Source: Chiloscyllium plagiosum
Taxonomy: Eukaryota
Direction of reading: 5' to 3'
Assembly (NCBI RefSeq): GCF_004010195.1
Contig: NC_057728.1
Coordinates: 49,392,561-49,412,560 of the forward strand
DNA length: 20,000 nt
Shown here piece by piece: positions 9,638 to 19,388 of the stretch. Made by a program: the position numbers and the translations under genes. The notes beneath the pieces were generated by a model. It ran no database searches. It saw only the letters and a list, made by a program, of their open reading frames with translations, and was not told the origin of the DNA. Numbering within the stretch: position 1 is the stretch's first letter; the number at the start of each line of letters is the position of its first letter.

Positions 9638-10585
9638 CTAATTGCTTGTGAGGAAGGGGTGGTGAACTGCCTTCTTAAACTGCTTCAGTCCATTTGTTGT
9701 AGGGACAATCACAATGTTGTTCGGGAGAGATTTGCAGGACCCAACAACACCTAGTGAACAGTGATATTTTTCCAAAGTCAGGATGGTGAATGGCTTAGAG
9801 TGGAACTTTGCAGGTTTTGGTGTGCTTTTGTATGTTTGCCCTTCTGGATTGTAATAGTCGTGGACTTGGAAGGTGCTGTCTAAGCGGCCTTGATGAATTT
9901 CTGCTGTGCATCTTGTCAATGGTACATGCTACTGTTCCTGTGTAATGGTGTGGAGGAAGGGAATGGATGTGCTGCCAATCAAGGAGGTTGCTTCGTCTTG
10001 GATGGTATCAACCCTCTTGAGCATTGTTAGAGCTGCACCCATCCAGACAAGTGGGGAGTATTCCATAACACACCTGACTTGTGCCTTGTAGATTGTGAAC
10101 AGGTTTTGGGGAGTCAGAAGATGTTACTCACTACATGAATCCTAGCCTCTGACATGTTCTTTGTAGCCACAGTTTTTGTATGTCTGTTCCAGTTCAGTTT
10201 CTGATCAATGGTGACTCCTAGGATGTTGATAGTAGGCAATTCAGTGATGGTGACAACACTGACTGTCCAAGGGTTAGGTTGTCTCTGGTTGTTGATGGTC
10301 ATTGTTTGGCACTTGTATGGCATGTTTGTTATTTGCCACTTGTCAGCCCAAGCCTTGTTTTTCTCTATGACTTGCTGCATTTGAACATGGACTGCTTCAG
10401 TATCTGAGGATGAAGGAATGGTGCTGAACATTGTACAATCATTGGCGAACATCCCCACTTCTGACCTTATGATGGAGGGAAGGTCATTGATGAGGCAGTT
10501 CAAGATGGCTGAGCATAGGACACTAGCCTGAGGAACTCCTGCAGAGATGTCTTGGAGCTGAGATGACTGACCTTCAACAACCTCA
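9638..10585 (-). mobile_element. CR1/L2-group LINE: RT C-terminal part and 3' end, decayed
   Basis: ORF 10114-10701 contains QDISAGVPQASVL...INDLPSIIRSEVGMFANDCTMF...WADKWQ...ILGVTIDQKLNW, matching non-LTR RT motifs (GVPQGSVL, FADD, LGV). Confidence 0.85.
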
Positions 10586-11137
10586 AGCCCTCGAATGACC
10601 AGTTGCTCATCAGAAGGCAGCCTTGACATCCAATTAGGGATGGTGGGTAGGCTGTCAAAGCAGGAGGGCCAATCAGAGAGCTTCCAGGTTGATAGAACCA
10701 TTAGTCTGCATTGGCAGCTAAGAGTAGGAGGAGGCTTTTTGAAATGGAGGAAGCTTATTAAATTTACAATGCAAAATGACTTCTGAAGTAGGACTCTGAT
10801 GTGGTGAAGTCTATGTTTGTAACAGCCAGGGATGCAGATCCAACATTAAGCCTCCAGTTGCCACTGGCACCTCCAACTTACCATTCCAAAGCTGGCTAAA
10901 CTGACACCCCTCTCCCTTGCCACAGGGATCTGCAGGCAACGTGGAATTCCCAGTCAACCTCCATCAACAAGCTTTAAATGGGAGAATTGTCATACATACG
11001 AGTGGCATGAGCTCCTGTTACAATCCCCAAAGAGATCAATAACTTTTAAAAAGTATTTGAATTTTTAGTGACCAACTTAAAGGAAACAGACAAAAATTCC
11101 AAGATCTAAGACATTTACTGTAACAAACTAAAAGCAA

Positions 11138-11231
11138 CCAGTTCTGAGGAAGGGTCACTGAACCCGAAACGTTACCTCTGCTTTCACTCCACCAATGCTG
11201 CCAGACCTGCTGGGTTTCTCCATCTGTTCAG
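11138..11231 (+). mobile_element. 94-bp solo family B insertion carrying an HHR motif
   Basis: CTGAGGA(11144-11150)-A-GGGT-cactga-ACCC-GAAA(11166-11169)-CGTT. TSD actaaaagcaa at 11127-11137 and 11232-11242. Confidence 0.85.
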
Positions 11232-12407
11232 ACTAAAAGCAATGTTGTCTAATACAGCCAACTACAGAAAACAGAACCCTTATTAGCATCTCAATACACC
11301 AATAACCCACGCCACGTATGTACTGAATAACATACTTTACACAGTGTTTCGGAAGACAGTCTAACGTGATTCCCAGCTTCTGACAGGTTCACATCTCCCT
11401 GTTTCATGGAAGTGTATAGGCAAATTGTCAAAGGTTCTCTCCCTCAGTCCTCTGAGAACTCCTAAACCGAATGACAGCAGTAAGTCTCACTCGAGTGATT
11501 TCCTCTCCCAGCTTCTCCTGGGAAAATCTTCCAATGTCCCAAAATTGCTGTGGATTTCTTCTTGTCAATGGACACGCTTTCTCTGGTATTCTGTCTGGTA
11601 GTTAACAGAGAAGATAGCCTTTTCCTTTCCAGCAATGGCTGCTGTTCTCTAATACTCCCTCTTTCTCTCTATTCCTTTTCAAAGTATTTGAGACAGAACT
11701 TCTGCCATCATAAGAACATCAGCTTCTACGTTTTTCAGGTGTCAAAACTGGCATTGTGTATTTCAATAGCACATGAACGGGGACACTAGTCTCCATGGTA
11801 ACCAAGCTATATAGCCAGCTTTGGGCTGAATTCATAACAGTTCACATTGCTTTCTTCATTTGACCATTTTACCCTAAATTAAGAAAGACAGTGTAAACGA
11901 TAGGCCTGAATGTTCCTATATTTTCACTGCGTGTTATTTTCAGGGAGTTTCATGGAGCTTTCCCACCTTGGCCCTTGGCAACTATTCCCACACAATCGTT
12001 TGCTGCTAACCCCATTAATTATGCATTTGGGCTCCATATTGATGTTGAGAATTGATTTCCCAAATACTTGCCATTGCCCACATTGCTCAAAAGCCAAGAA
12101 CATTCCGCCCATAATCAACTTCTGGAACCATACAACTGTTATACTTAGGACTATCCCCTGCCTCAGTTTCTGCCCCTGACAAGGAGCTAAAGGTTTAAAT
12201 AACCTATGTTGGAATCTATTGGAATCTATTGGGATTTATTGGGAACTCACATGTTGGAATATTTCAATGTGGGTTTAAATTGTCTCAATACCCCATCATG
12301 TCTTATTTTAGCATTTTAGCCACAGAAGGACTGTGTAAGAGAAAGGGAAATTCATTCATGTACCTAACACCAATGAAGACAATTTGGAAATTCATAAGAT
12401 GGAGGGT

Positions 12408-12490
12408 GATGCTGTCAGATCTGTTGAGTTTCTCCAGCACTTCCTGGTTATCTTTCAGATTTCTGGCATCGCATTATTTTGCTTTTATTT
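12408..12490 (+). repeat. Family B repeat, downstream part only
   Basis: gatgctgtcagatctgttgagtttctccagcac...ttcagatttctggcatcgca is homologous to 3236-3305. Confidence 0.65.
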
Positions 12491-12549
12491 GAGTGATAAT
12501 GCAAAGGCCAAAAGGTGGTCCATAGCTAAATAAGGCACAATTTGCTAAG

Positions 12550-12763
12550 AGGAGAAAGTGAGGACTGCAGATGCTGGAGATCAGAGCTGAAAATGTGTTG
12601 CTGGAAAAGTGCAGCAGGTCAGGCAGCATCCAAGGAGCAGGAGAATCGACGTTTCGGGCATAAGCCCTTCTTCAGGAATTCCTGAAGAAGGGCTTATGCC
12701 CGAAACGTCGATTCCCCTGCTCCTTGGATGCTGCCTGACCTGCTGCGCTTTTCCAGCAACACA
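12550..12763. mobile_element. Palindromic family A insertion with two back-to-back HHR motifs
   Basis: Arms 12594-12678 and 12679-12763 are reverse complements (83/85 by eye) with no spacer, centred on GGAATTCC. There is a 44-nt single-sided extension. TSD cacaatttgctaag(a) at 12536-12550 and 12760-12774. Confidence 0.93.
12679..12713 (+). ncRNA. Minimal type I hammerhead ribozyme motif (mirror copy on the - strand at about 12644-12678)
   Basis: ttc-CTGAAGA(12682-12688)-A-GGGC-ttat-GCCC-GAAA(12702-12705)-CGTC(12706-12709)-ga. Same architecture as the motif at 7193-7232. Confidence 0.75.
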
Positions 12764-13229
12764 ATTTGCTAAGACACCACATACCGTCACCTTAAGATAA
12801 AGCTTGACCTGCTCATTATAGTAAAATAATGATGATAGGAGTGAGGTTGAGAAGATTAAAATGTAATTAAAGTTGTCCATTATGCATGGGTGCATCCAAG
12901 TTAGCTGAATAAAATAAGAATGAGATCCATGAAAGTTATCTCATCTAATCAACTTGAATGAGACTCTGTGAAAGAACAGGCTGTGTTAATTTGTTGTCAT
13001 CTACTATAATTCAATAGAACAGTCGTGTAAAACAATGCTGTTACCATATTCATCACTGGATATTAAATCCTGTCATGTAAATCCAATCAAGCTAGAATAA
13101 TATGGAGGTTAATCTGGCAAGGCGAACAATCCTATGTTGTGATCGAAACATGCAATGTCAATTAACAGTGTTTCTTTAATTGAAGTCAATGATTCCCTTC
13201 AAACTCACAAGATTGTGTCTGTTTTCCAG

Positions 13230-13475
13230 GTTTCGACATTGCGGGACAATTAGCGATTGGTCTCTCTGGATGGTCAGTACCCTTTCCTCAAGATGGCCCA
13301 CTGCCTTGCCATCGACCCCAGTACATGTGTAAGGACTTTAAGCCGCCTCCTTTCAAGCCATTTGTTTCTCAGAAGGACCAATCAGCCCCTGCCTCTTGTC
13401 CAGCCTCACTCTCCATCACGCCAGTGCTTTCTTACTACAGCAGCAGCCAGGAAACCCTCAGCCAAGAAACTGAAG
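13230..13475 (+). CDS. Internal coding exon (246 nt, phase 1-1) of an unidentified host gene
   Basis: Branch-like CTCAC at 13204-13208, acceptor tgtgtctgttttccAG (AG at 13228-13229), and donor AAG|GTAGGA at 13476. The length is divisible by 3, GC is raised, and only one frame is open: xFDIAGQLAIGLSGWSVPFPQDGPLPCHRPQYMCKDFKPPPFKPFVSQKDQSAPASCPASLSITPVLSYYSSSQETLSQETE. Confidence 0.8.
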
Positions 13476-13574
13476 GTAGGACAAATAACAAGGCACATCC
13501 CCACAGTTTCCTTTATATTGTTTAAAGCATGTAGAAACATCTACTCATCCCTGCATTGTAGCAGCAATACCTAC

Positions 13575-13820
13575 ACCAGAGCCCAGTAGCTCCTAGAATG
13601 CTCAGAACATACCACTTGCCCACATGCCATCCTGACTTATAAATATATCGCCATGCCTTCACTGTCATTCAGTCAAAGTCCTTTAGCTCTCTCCCTAACA
13701 GTGCTGTAGGTCTTCCTACACTACATACACTGTAGCGATTCAAGAAGGTGACTCACTGCCACTTTCTTAAGGGGTGGGCAACAACTGCTGTCCCAGCCAA
13801 TGACCCCTACATCCCACTAA
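13575..13820 (+). mobile_element. LINE 3' end, same family as 9638-10585
   Basis: ccatcctgactt...atatatcgcc...tccctaacagtgctgtagg...ttcaagaaggtgactcactgccactttctt matches the reverse complement of about 9645-9790. Confidence 0.7.
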
Positions 13821-14312
13821 TTATTACATTAGAAATAAAACAGGAAAACATATCTTCAGTGGGTTCTCCAATAAATAACCCCAATTATGTAACTAACTCC
13901 TTTTAATGTCTTGAAATATCCCAAGACATTCATGGGAGTATTGTCAGATAAAATGGAGTATGAAGAGAGTTAAAAAATAGGAGATATGTTCCATGCACTG
14001 GAATCAGCCTGGCCTCCTCCAGTTACTGAGACACATCAGTTACACCGACACTGTTCCATCACTCACCCCACCAACTCTGCACTCGCTCCAAGTTAAAATC
14101 AAGAAAGAGGAAGTATTATAACATTGTTAATTTAGAAATATGTTAATTAGAAAGTCTGCAGTGGTAACATTTTATTGTTCTACAATTTGACAGGATGCAC
14201 TGATGTGGAGTTAGTTGGTTGTAGGACTATACAAACTTTGAATTTATTTTAAAAATAAATGGATCTCTTCCATAGAGTCACTGAGAAAATTAAAATGACT
14301 TTGCTTCTTCAG

Positions 14313-15400
14313 GTCATAGAATCATAGAGTCATAGAGATGTACAGCATGGAAACAGACCCTTTGGTCCAACTTATCCGTGCTGACTAGATATCCTAAACT
14401 AATCTAGTTCCATTTGCCAGCACTTGGTCCATACCCCTCTAAACCCTTCCTATTCATATACCATCCAGATGTCTTTTAAATGCTGTAATTGTACCAGCTT
14501 CCACCACTTCCACTGGCAGCTCATTCCATACACGTACTACCCTCTGTGTGAACAAGGCAAAAGTGAGCACTGCAGATGCTGGAAATCAGAGTCTAGATTA
14601 GAGTGGTGCTGGAAAAGCACAGCAGGTCAGGCAGCATCTGAGGAGCAGGAAAACCGATGTTTTGGGCAAAAGCCCTTCACCAGGAATCAAGTGTAAACAA
14701 GTTGCCCCTTAGGTCTCTTTTATATCTTACCCCTCTCACCCTAAACCTATGCTTTCTAGCTCTGGACTCCCCCCCGCCGGGGGGAAAAAATCTTGTCTAT
14801 TTGTCCTATCTGTGCCCCTCATGATTTTATAAACCTCTATAAAGTCATCCCTCAGCATCTGATGCACCAGGGTAAACACCCCCAGCCTATTCAACCTCTC
14901 CCTGCAGCTCAAATCCTCCAACCCTGGCAACATCCTTGTAAATCTCTTCTGAACCCTTTCAAGTTTCACAACATCACTCCGATAGCAGGGAGAGCAGAAT
15001 TACATGCAATATTCCAACAGTGGTCTAACCAATGTCCTGTACAGCTGCAATATGACCTCCTGACGCCTATACTCAATGCTCTGACCAATAAAGGAAAGCA
15101 TACCGAACACCTTCTTCATTTCCCATCTACCCGTGACTCCACTTTCAAGGAGCTATGAACCACACTCCAAGATCTCTTTGTTTATTACCATTAAATGTAT
15201 AGGTCCTGCCCTGATTTGTCTTTCCAAAATGCAGCACCTTAAACTAAACTCCTTCTCCCAGTTTTTGACCCACTGGCCCATATGATCAAGGTCCCGTTGA
15301 ACTCTGACGTAACCTTCTTTGTTACCCACAACATCTCCAGTTTTGATATCATCTGCGAACTTATGAACTATACCTCCGATGTTCACATCCAAATAATTTA
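14313..15400 (-). mobile_element. CR1 (HER1-like) LINE 3' kilobase, interrupted at 14557-14690
   Basis: HKFADDIKTGDVV and KLERVQKRFTRMLPGLEDLS motifs, with a (catagagt)n tail at 14313-14337. Near-colinear with the reverse complement of 18221-19147. Confidence 0.92.
14557..14690 (-). mobile_element. Solo family A insertion with a mutated HHR core
   Basis: The minus strand reads attcCTGGTGAAgggcttttgcccAAAAcatcgg...gatgctgcctgacctgctgtgcttttccagcacc. TSD gtgt(g/a)aacaag at 14546-14556 and 14691-14701. Confidence 0.85.
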
Positions 15401-15421
15401 TCCTCCTTCTTACTCTTCTCT

Positions 15422-16115
15422 CCATAAGACCATAAGGTATAGGAGTTGAATTATTCCATTCAGTCCGTTGAGTCTGCTCCACCAGTCAATCATTGCTGAT
15501 ATGTTTCTCAACCCCATTCTCCAGTCTTCTCCTCATAATCCTTGATCCCCTGACCAATCAAGAACATATTTATCTCTGTTTTCAATACACTCAATGACTT
15601 GGCTTCCATAGCTCTCTGTGGCAATGAGTTCCACAGATTAACCACCCTCTGGCTGAAGAAATTCCACCTTATAGCAGTTCTAAAGGATTGTTGTTTCACC
15701 GAGGCCATGCTCTTGTGTCCGAGTCTTTCCACATCATCTCTATCCAGGCCTCTCAGAGTGCTGTGAGGTTCAATCAGATCCTACCTCATCCTTCTAAACA
15801 CCATTGAGTACAGACCCACAGTCATCAACCCCTCCTCATATGACAAGCCCTTCATCTTCTTGTAAACCTCCTCTGGACTCCCTCTGATGCCAACATTTCC
15901 TTCCTGAAGTTTTGGATCCCTCTGGCCCAAGATTGCTCACAATATTCTAAATGTGGTATTACCAGTGCCTTATATAGCCTCAGCAGTACATTTCTATTCT
16001 TGTATTCTCGCCCTCTCAAAATGAATGTTAAAATTATATTTGCCTTCCTAACTCCCAATTGAACCGGCATGTTAACCTTAAGAGAAACCAGGACTCCCAA
16101 GTCCCTCTATGCTTC
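15422..16115 (-). mobile_element. CR1 LINE 3' fragment (second subfamily)
   Basis: VLLRLYKALVIPHLEYC...EGVQRRFTR and NFFSQRVVNLWNSLPQRAMEA motifs, with a (ccataaga) tail. Confidence 0.9.
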
Positions 16116-16204
16116 CTGAAGAAGGGCATGTGCCCGAAACGTTGAATCTTCTGTTCCCTAGATGCTGCCTGACCTGCTGTGCTGTTCCAGCAATAAAGTT
16201 TCAA
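16116..16204 (+). mobile_element. 89-bp solo family A insertion beginning at an HHR core
   Basis: CTGAAGA(16116-16122)-A-GGGC-atgt-GCCC-GAAA(16136-16139)-CGTT-gaa. TSD cctctatgcttc at 16104-16115 and 16205-16216. Confidence 0.88.
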
Positions 16205-17624
16205 CCTCTATGCTTCAGCTTTCCTTGGCTTTGTTTCCAGTGAGGGGTTAGTGAAACTGTGAAATTAATGAATTCTTGCCACAAAGTCTTGGAGACTGTG
16301 TTGCATCTCAATTACATCACTGGAGTTTAAGTGTGATTTAAAAAAGCCTCTCTCCCAACTTCAGGGCCATTTAAAATTGCAGTTCGAAAGGATTAGTGTG
16401 GGCAGTCTTCATTTGTGTTCTTTATTCTTTTGTGGGTTATATGATTTGGGATTTGACTGACAAAAGGGTCTTATGTGATGTGGAAAGTGGGGGCTTGAGG
16501 CTTCAATCAGATCAGCTTTGATTTTATAGAATGGCCAATTTGATGGGCCAAACAATCTGCTCCTATTTGGCAGCATTTTACAAGGAGACATGAATGCAAT
16601 CCGATTAAAGGTTGGTTAGTGACACATTTGCTCCCAAAACACATTTTACATTCAATTTATTCCATACTTGATGAGCCCGCTATTTGCATTATGCAAAGAG
16701 ATTATAAGAAGAAGAACTCCTGTAGATTTGTAATTAGTCATTCAGTCTTCCAATTGAGGATCTTCATTCATGAATTTGCAAACAGCTGGAAGGCTGGAAG
16801 GTAATCATTTTAAGTGAATTAGTAACAGTTAGAAAAGACTGGATTTGACATGAATGTTCCATTGGTTGTTTTAATTTCTTGTGATTGTAGATTACCAGCC
16901 TAGCTTGTTGTTCTATATAGTTTTCCAATATTACTGAACCAATTTTTGTCCTCTTAATAGTTCAGGACAAGCACACCTTTTTTTTATTGTAAATGTGATT
17001 TGAATAAGGTTAAACATATTTGACCAGAACATCTGGGGTTATGTTTCTTATGGCAAATTACAAATTACTTTGGGAAAAGTGGAATTTTCATTGCCTGAGG
17101 AAACAGTTCTGAATAGCTTGACTTTGCATGGCCTAGGAATCAACTATTACATCATATCTTCTGTTCAAAATCAGCAGAAATGATTCTGTTCCTTGAACAG
17201 TTGGTTGCTGCACAAGTGATGAACTGAATGTGATTTCTTTACACAAAGCACTTAGCAGCAGTGGTTGAGAAATGGACCTATGCATACAAGGGAACCTTAA
17301 CTGAGCAAGCAATGGTCTGATAAAGCAGTAGGGAAACTCCACAGAATGAAATGGATGGGGTGTGAAGGAGGTGGGGAACAAGATGCTTTCAATATAACAG
17401 AAAACCTCATATTTTCTGCCTGAAGGCAGGTCTAACCCACAGCATCTCAACCTCCACCAAGGGCAGGGCAAGGAGACAGATCCTGAATCCAGTCAGAGAA
17501 GAAATCCAACCATTTGCTTTTGGTGCCAATCTAATCTGCAGCAGCCATCTAACAGGGACCCTGAGCTTTTTAAGAATTTTAAATAATGATCTGATTAGAC
17601 TGAGTCAACATAGAGTCATAGAGT

Positions 17625-17936
17625 AGATTACTTACAGTGTGGAAACAGGCCTTTCAGCCCAACAAGTCCGCACCGACCCTCCGAAGACAAACCCACCCAG
17701 ACCCATTCCCCTACATTTACCCCTTCACCTAACATTATGGGCAATTTAGCATGGCCAATTCATCTGACCTGCACATTTTTGGACTGTGGGAGGAAACCGG
17801 AGCACCCGGAGGAAACCCACGCAGACACAGGGAGAATGTGCAAACTCCACACAGACAGTTGTCTGAGGCAGGAATTGAACCTGGGTCTCTGGCGCTGTGA
17901 GACAGCAGTGCTAACCACTGTGCCACCGTGCCACCC
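17625..17936 (-). mobile_element. Full-length tRNA-derived V-SINE (HE1-like)
   Basis: The minus strand starts gggtggcacggtggcacagtggttagcactgc and includes B box ggttcaattcc, the V-domain and a gggctgaaaggcctgtttccacactgtaag tail. It is inserted within the catagagt tail repeats of the adjacent CR1 end. Confidence 0.92.
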
Positions 17937-17938
17937 AA

Positions 17939-18125
17939 ATAGAGTAATAGACTCATACAGCATAGAAACAGGATCTTTAGCCTAACTCGTCCATGCCATC
18001 CAGGTTTTTTAAACTGAACTAGTCCCATTTGCTTACAATTGGTCCAGATCCATCTAAACCTTCCTTATTCATGTCCTTGTCCAAATGTCTTTTAAATGTT
18101 GTAATTGTAGCCACCTCTACCACTG
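17939..18125 (-). mobile_element. CR1 LINE 3' terminus
   Basis: tacagcatagaaacagg...aactagtcccatttg...tctaaaccttccttattcatg...tcttttaaatgttgtaattgta parallels 14340-14510. Confidence 0.8.
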
Positions 18126-18220
18126 CATTGCTGTTTGATACAGCAACTGCTCACATCCAAGCAAACTTACTAACTATACCTCTTATGCTCACATCACATC
18201 ATCTTGTATGTGAGCATAAG

Positions 18221-19147
18221 AGATACAGTTTGTAAGTTTGCAGATGACACCAAAATTGGAGATGTAGTGGACAACGAAGAAGGTTACCTCAGATTACAAC
18301 AGGATCTTGATCAGATGGGCCAATGGGCTGAGACGTGGCAGATGGAGTTCAATTCAGATAAATGTGAGGTGCTGCATTTTGGGAAAGCAAATCTTAGCAG
18401 GACTTATACACTTAATGGTAAGGTCCTAGGGAGTGTTGTTGAATAAAGAAACCTTGGAGTGCAGGTTCATAGCTCCTTGAAAGTGGAGTCGCAGGTAGAT
18501 AGGATAGTGAAGAAGGCATTTGGTATACTTTCCTTTTTCGGTCAGAGTATTGAGTACAGGAGTTGGGAGGTCATGTTGTGGCTGCACAGGACATTGGTTA
18601 GGCCACTGTTGGAATATTGCGTGCAATTCTGGTCTCCTTCTTATCGGAAAGATGTTGTGAAACTTGAAAGGGTTCAGAAAAGATTTGCAAGGATGTTGCC
18701 AGAGTTGGAGGATTTGAGCGAAAGGGAGCGGCTGAACGGGCTGAGGCTTTTTTCCCTGGAGCCTCCCTCGGAGGCTTAGGGGTGACCTCATTGAGGTTTA
18801 CAAAATTATGAGGGGCATGGATAGGATAAATAGACAAAGTCTTTTCCCTGGGTTTGGAGAGTCGAGAACTAGAGGGCATAGATTTAGGGTGAGAGGGGAA
18901 AGATATAAATGGCAACCTTTTCATGCAGAGGATGGTACATGTATGGAATGAGCTGCCAGATGAAGTGGTAGAGGTTAGTACAATTCAACATTTAAAAGGC
19001 ATTTGGATGCGTATATAAATAGGAAGGGTTTGGAGGGATATGAGCCGGGTGCTGGCAGGTGGGACTAGATTGGGTTGGGATATCTGGTTGGCATGGATGG
19101 GTTGGACTGAAGGGTCTGTTTCCATGCTGTACATCTCTATGACTCTA
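18221..19147 (+). mobile_element. CR1 (HER1-like) LINE, 5'-truncated
   Basis: KFADDTKIGDVVDNEEGYLRLQQDLDQMGQWAETWQMEFNSDKCEVLHFG and LVRPLLEYCVQFWSPSYRKDVVKLERVQKRF motifs, with a 3' tail ctctatgactcta. Confidence 0.95.
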
Positions 19148-19149
19148 AC

Positions 19150-19388
19150 TGCTCTGCCTAGGACCGTAAGAAACCAAAGAGAGTTGTGAACATAGCCAAG
19201 TATATCATGCAAGCCAACCTTCCATCCATTGACTCTATCTACACTTTCCAATACCTTGGAAAGGCAGCCAAGATCATCAAAGACTCCTCCCAACCCGATA
19301 AGTATCTCTTCTAAACTCTTCCGTCGGGCAGATGATACAAACCCTTCAACAGATTCATGAACAGCTTCTTTCCCACTGTTATTAGACA
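19150..19388 (+). mobile_element. Rex1/Babar-type LINE, ORF C-terminal fragment
   Basis: Decayed translation RKKPKRVVNIAKYIMQANLPSIDSIYT...LGKAAKIIKDSSQP...LPSGR...RFMNSFFPTVIR is typical of the Rex1-like C-terminus. Confidence 0.75.

Noticed and set aside
11016..11839. Possible solo LTR bounded by TGTTA...TAACA
   Set aside because: The 5-bp inverted termini could be chance, and the flanks (gctcc / gttca) do not form a convincing TSD.
13257..13589. 110-aa + strand ORF overlapping the exon
   Set aside because: This frame has a TAG shortly after the acceptor and runs through the donor site. The exon's open frame is that of 13325-13525.
13981..14120. Short open frame GDMFHALESAWPPP...VKIKKEEVL as a second exon
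   Set aside because: Purine-rich acceptor context and no good donor site.
16715..16800. Possible small exon ending at AAG|GTAATC (16800/16801)
   Set aside because: The donor is plausible, but upstream AGs lack a polypyrimidine tract. It cannot be supported without RNA-seq.
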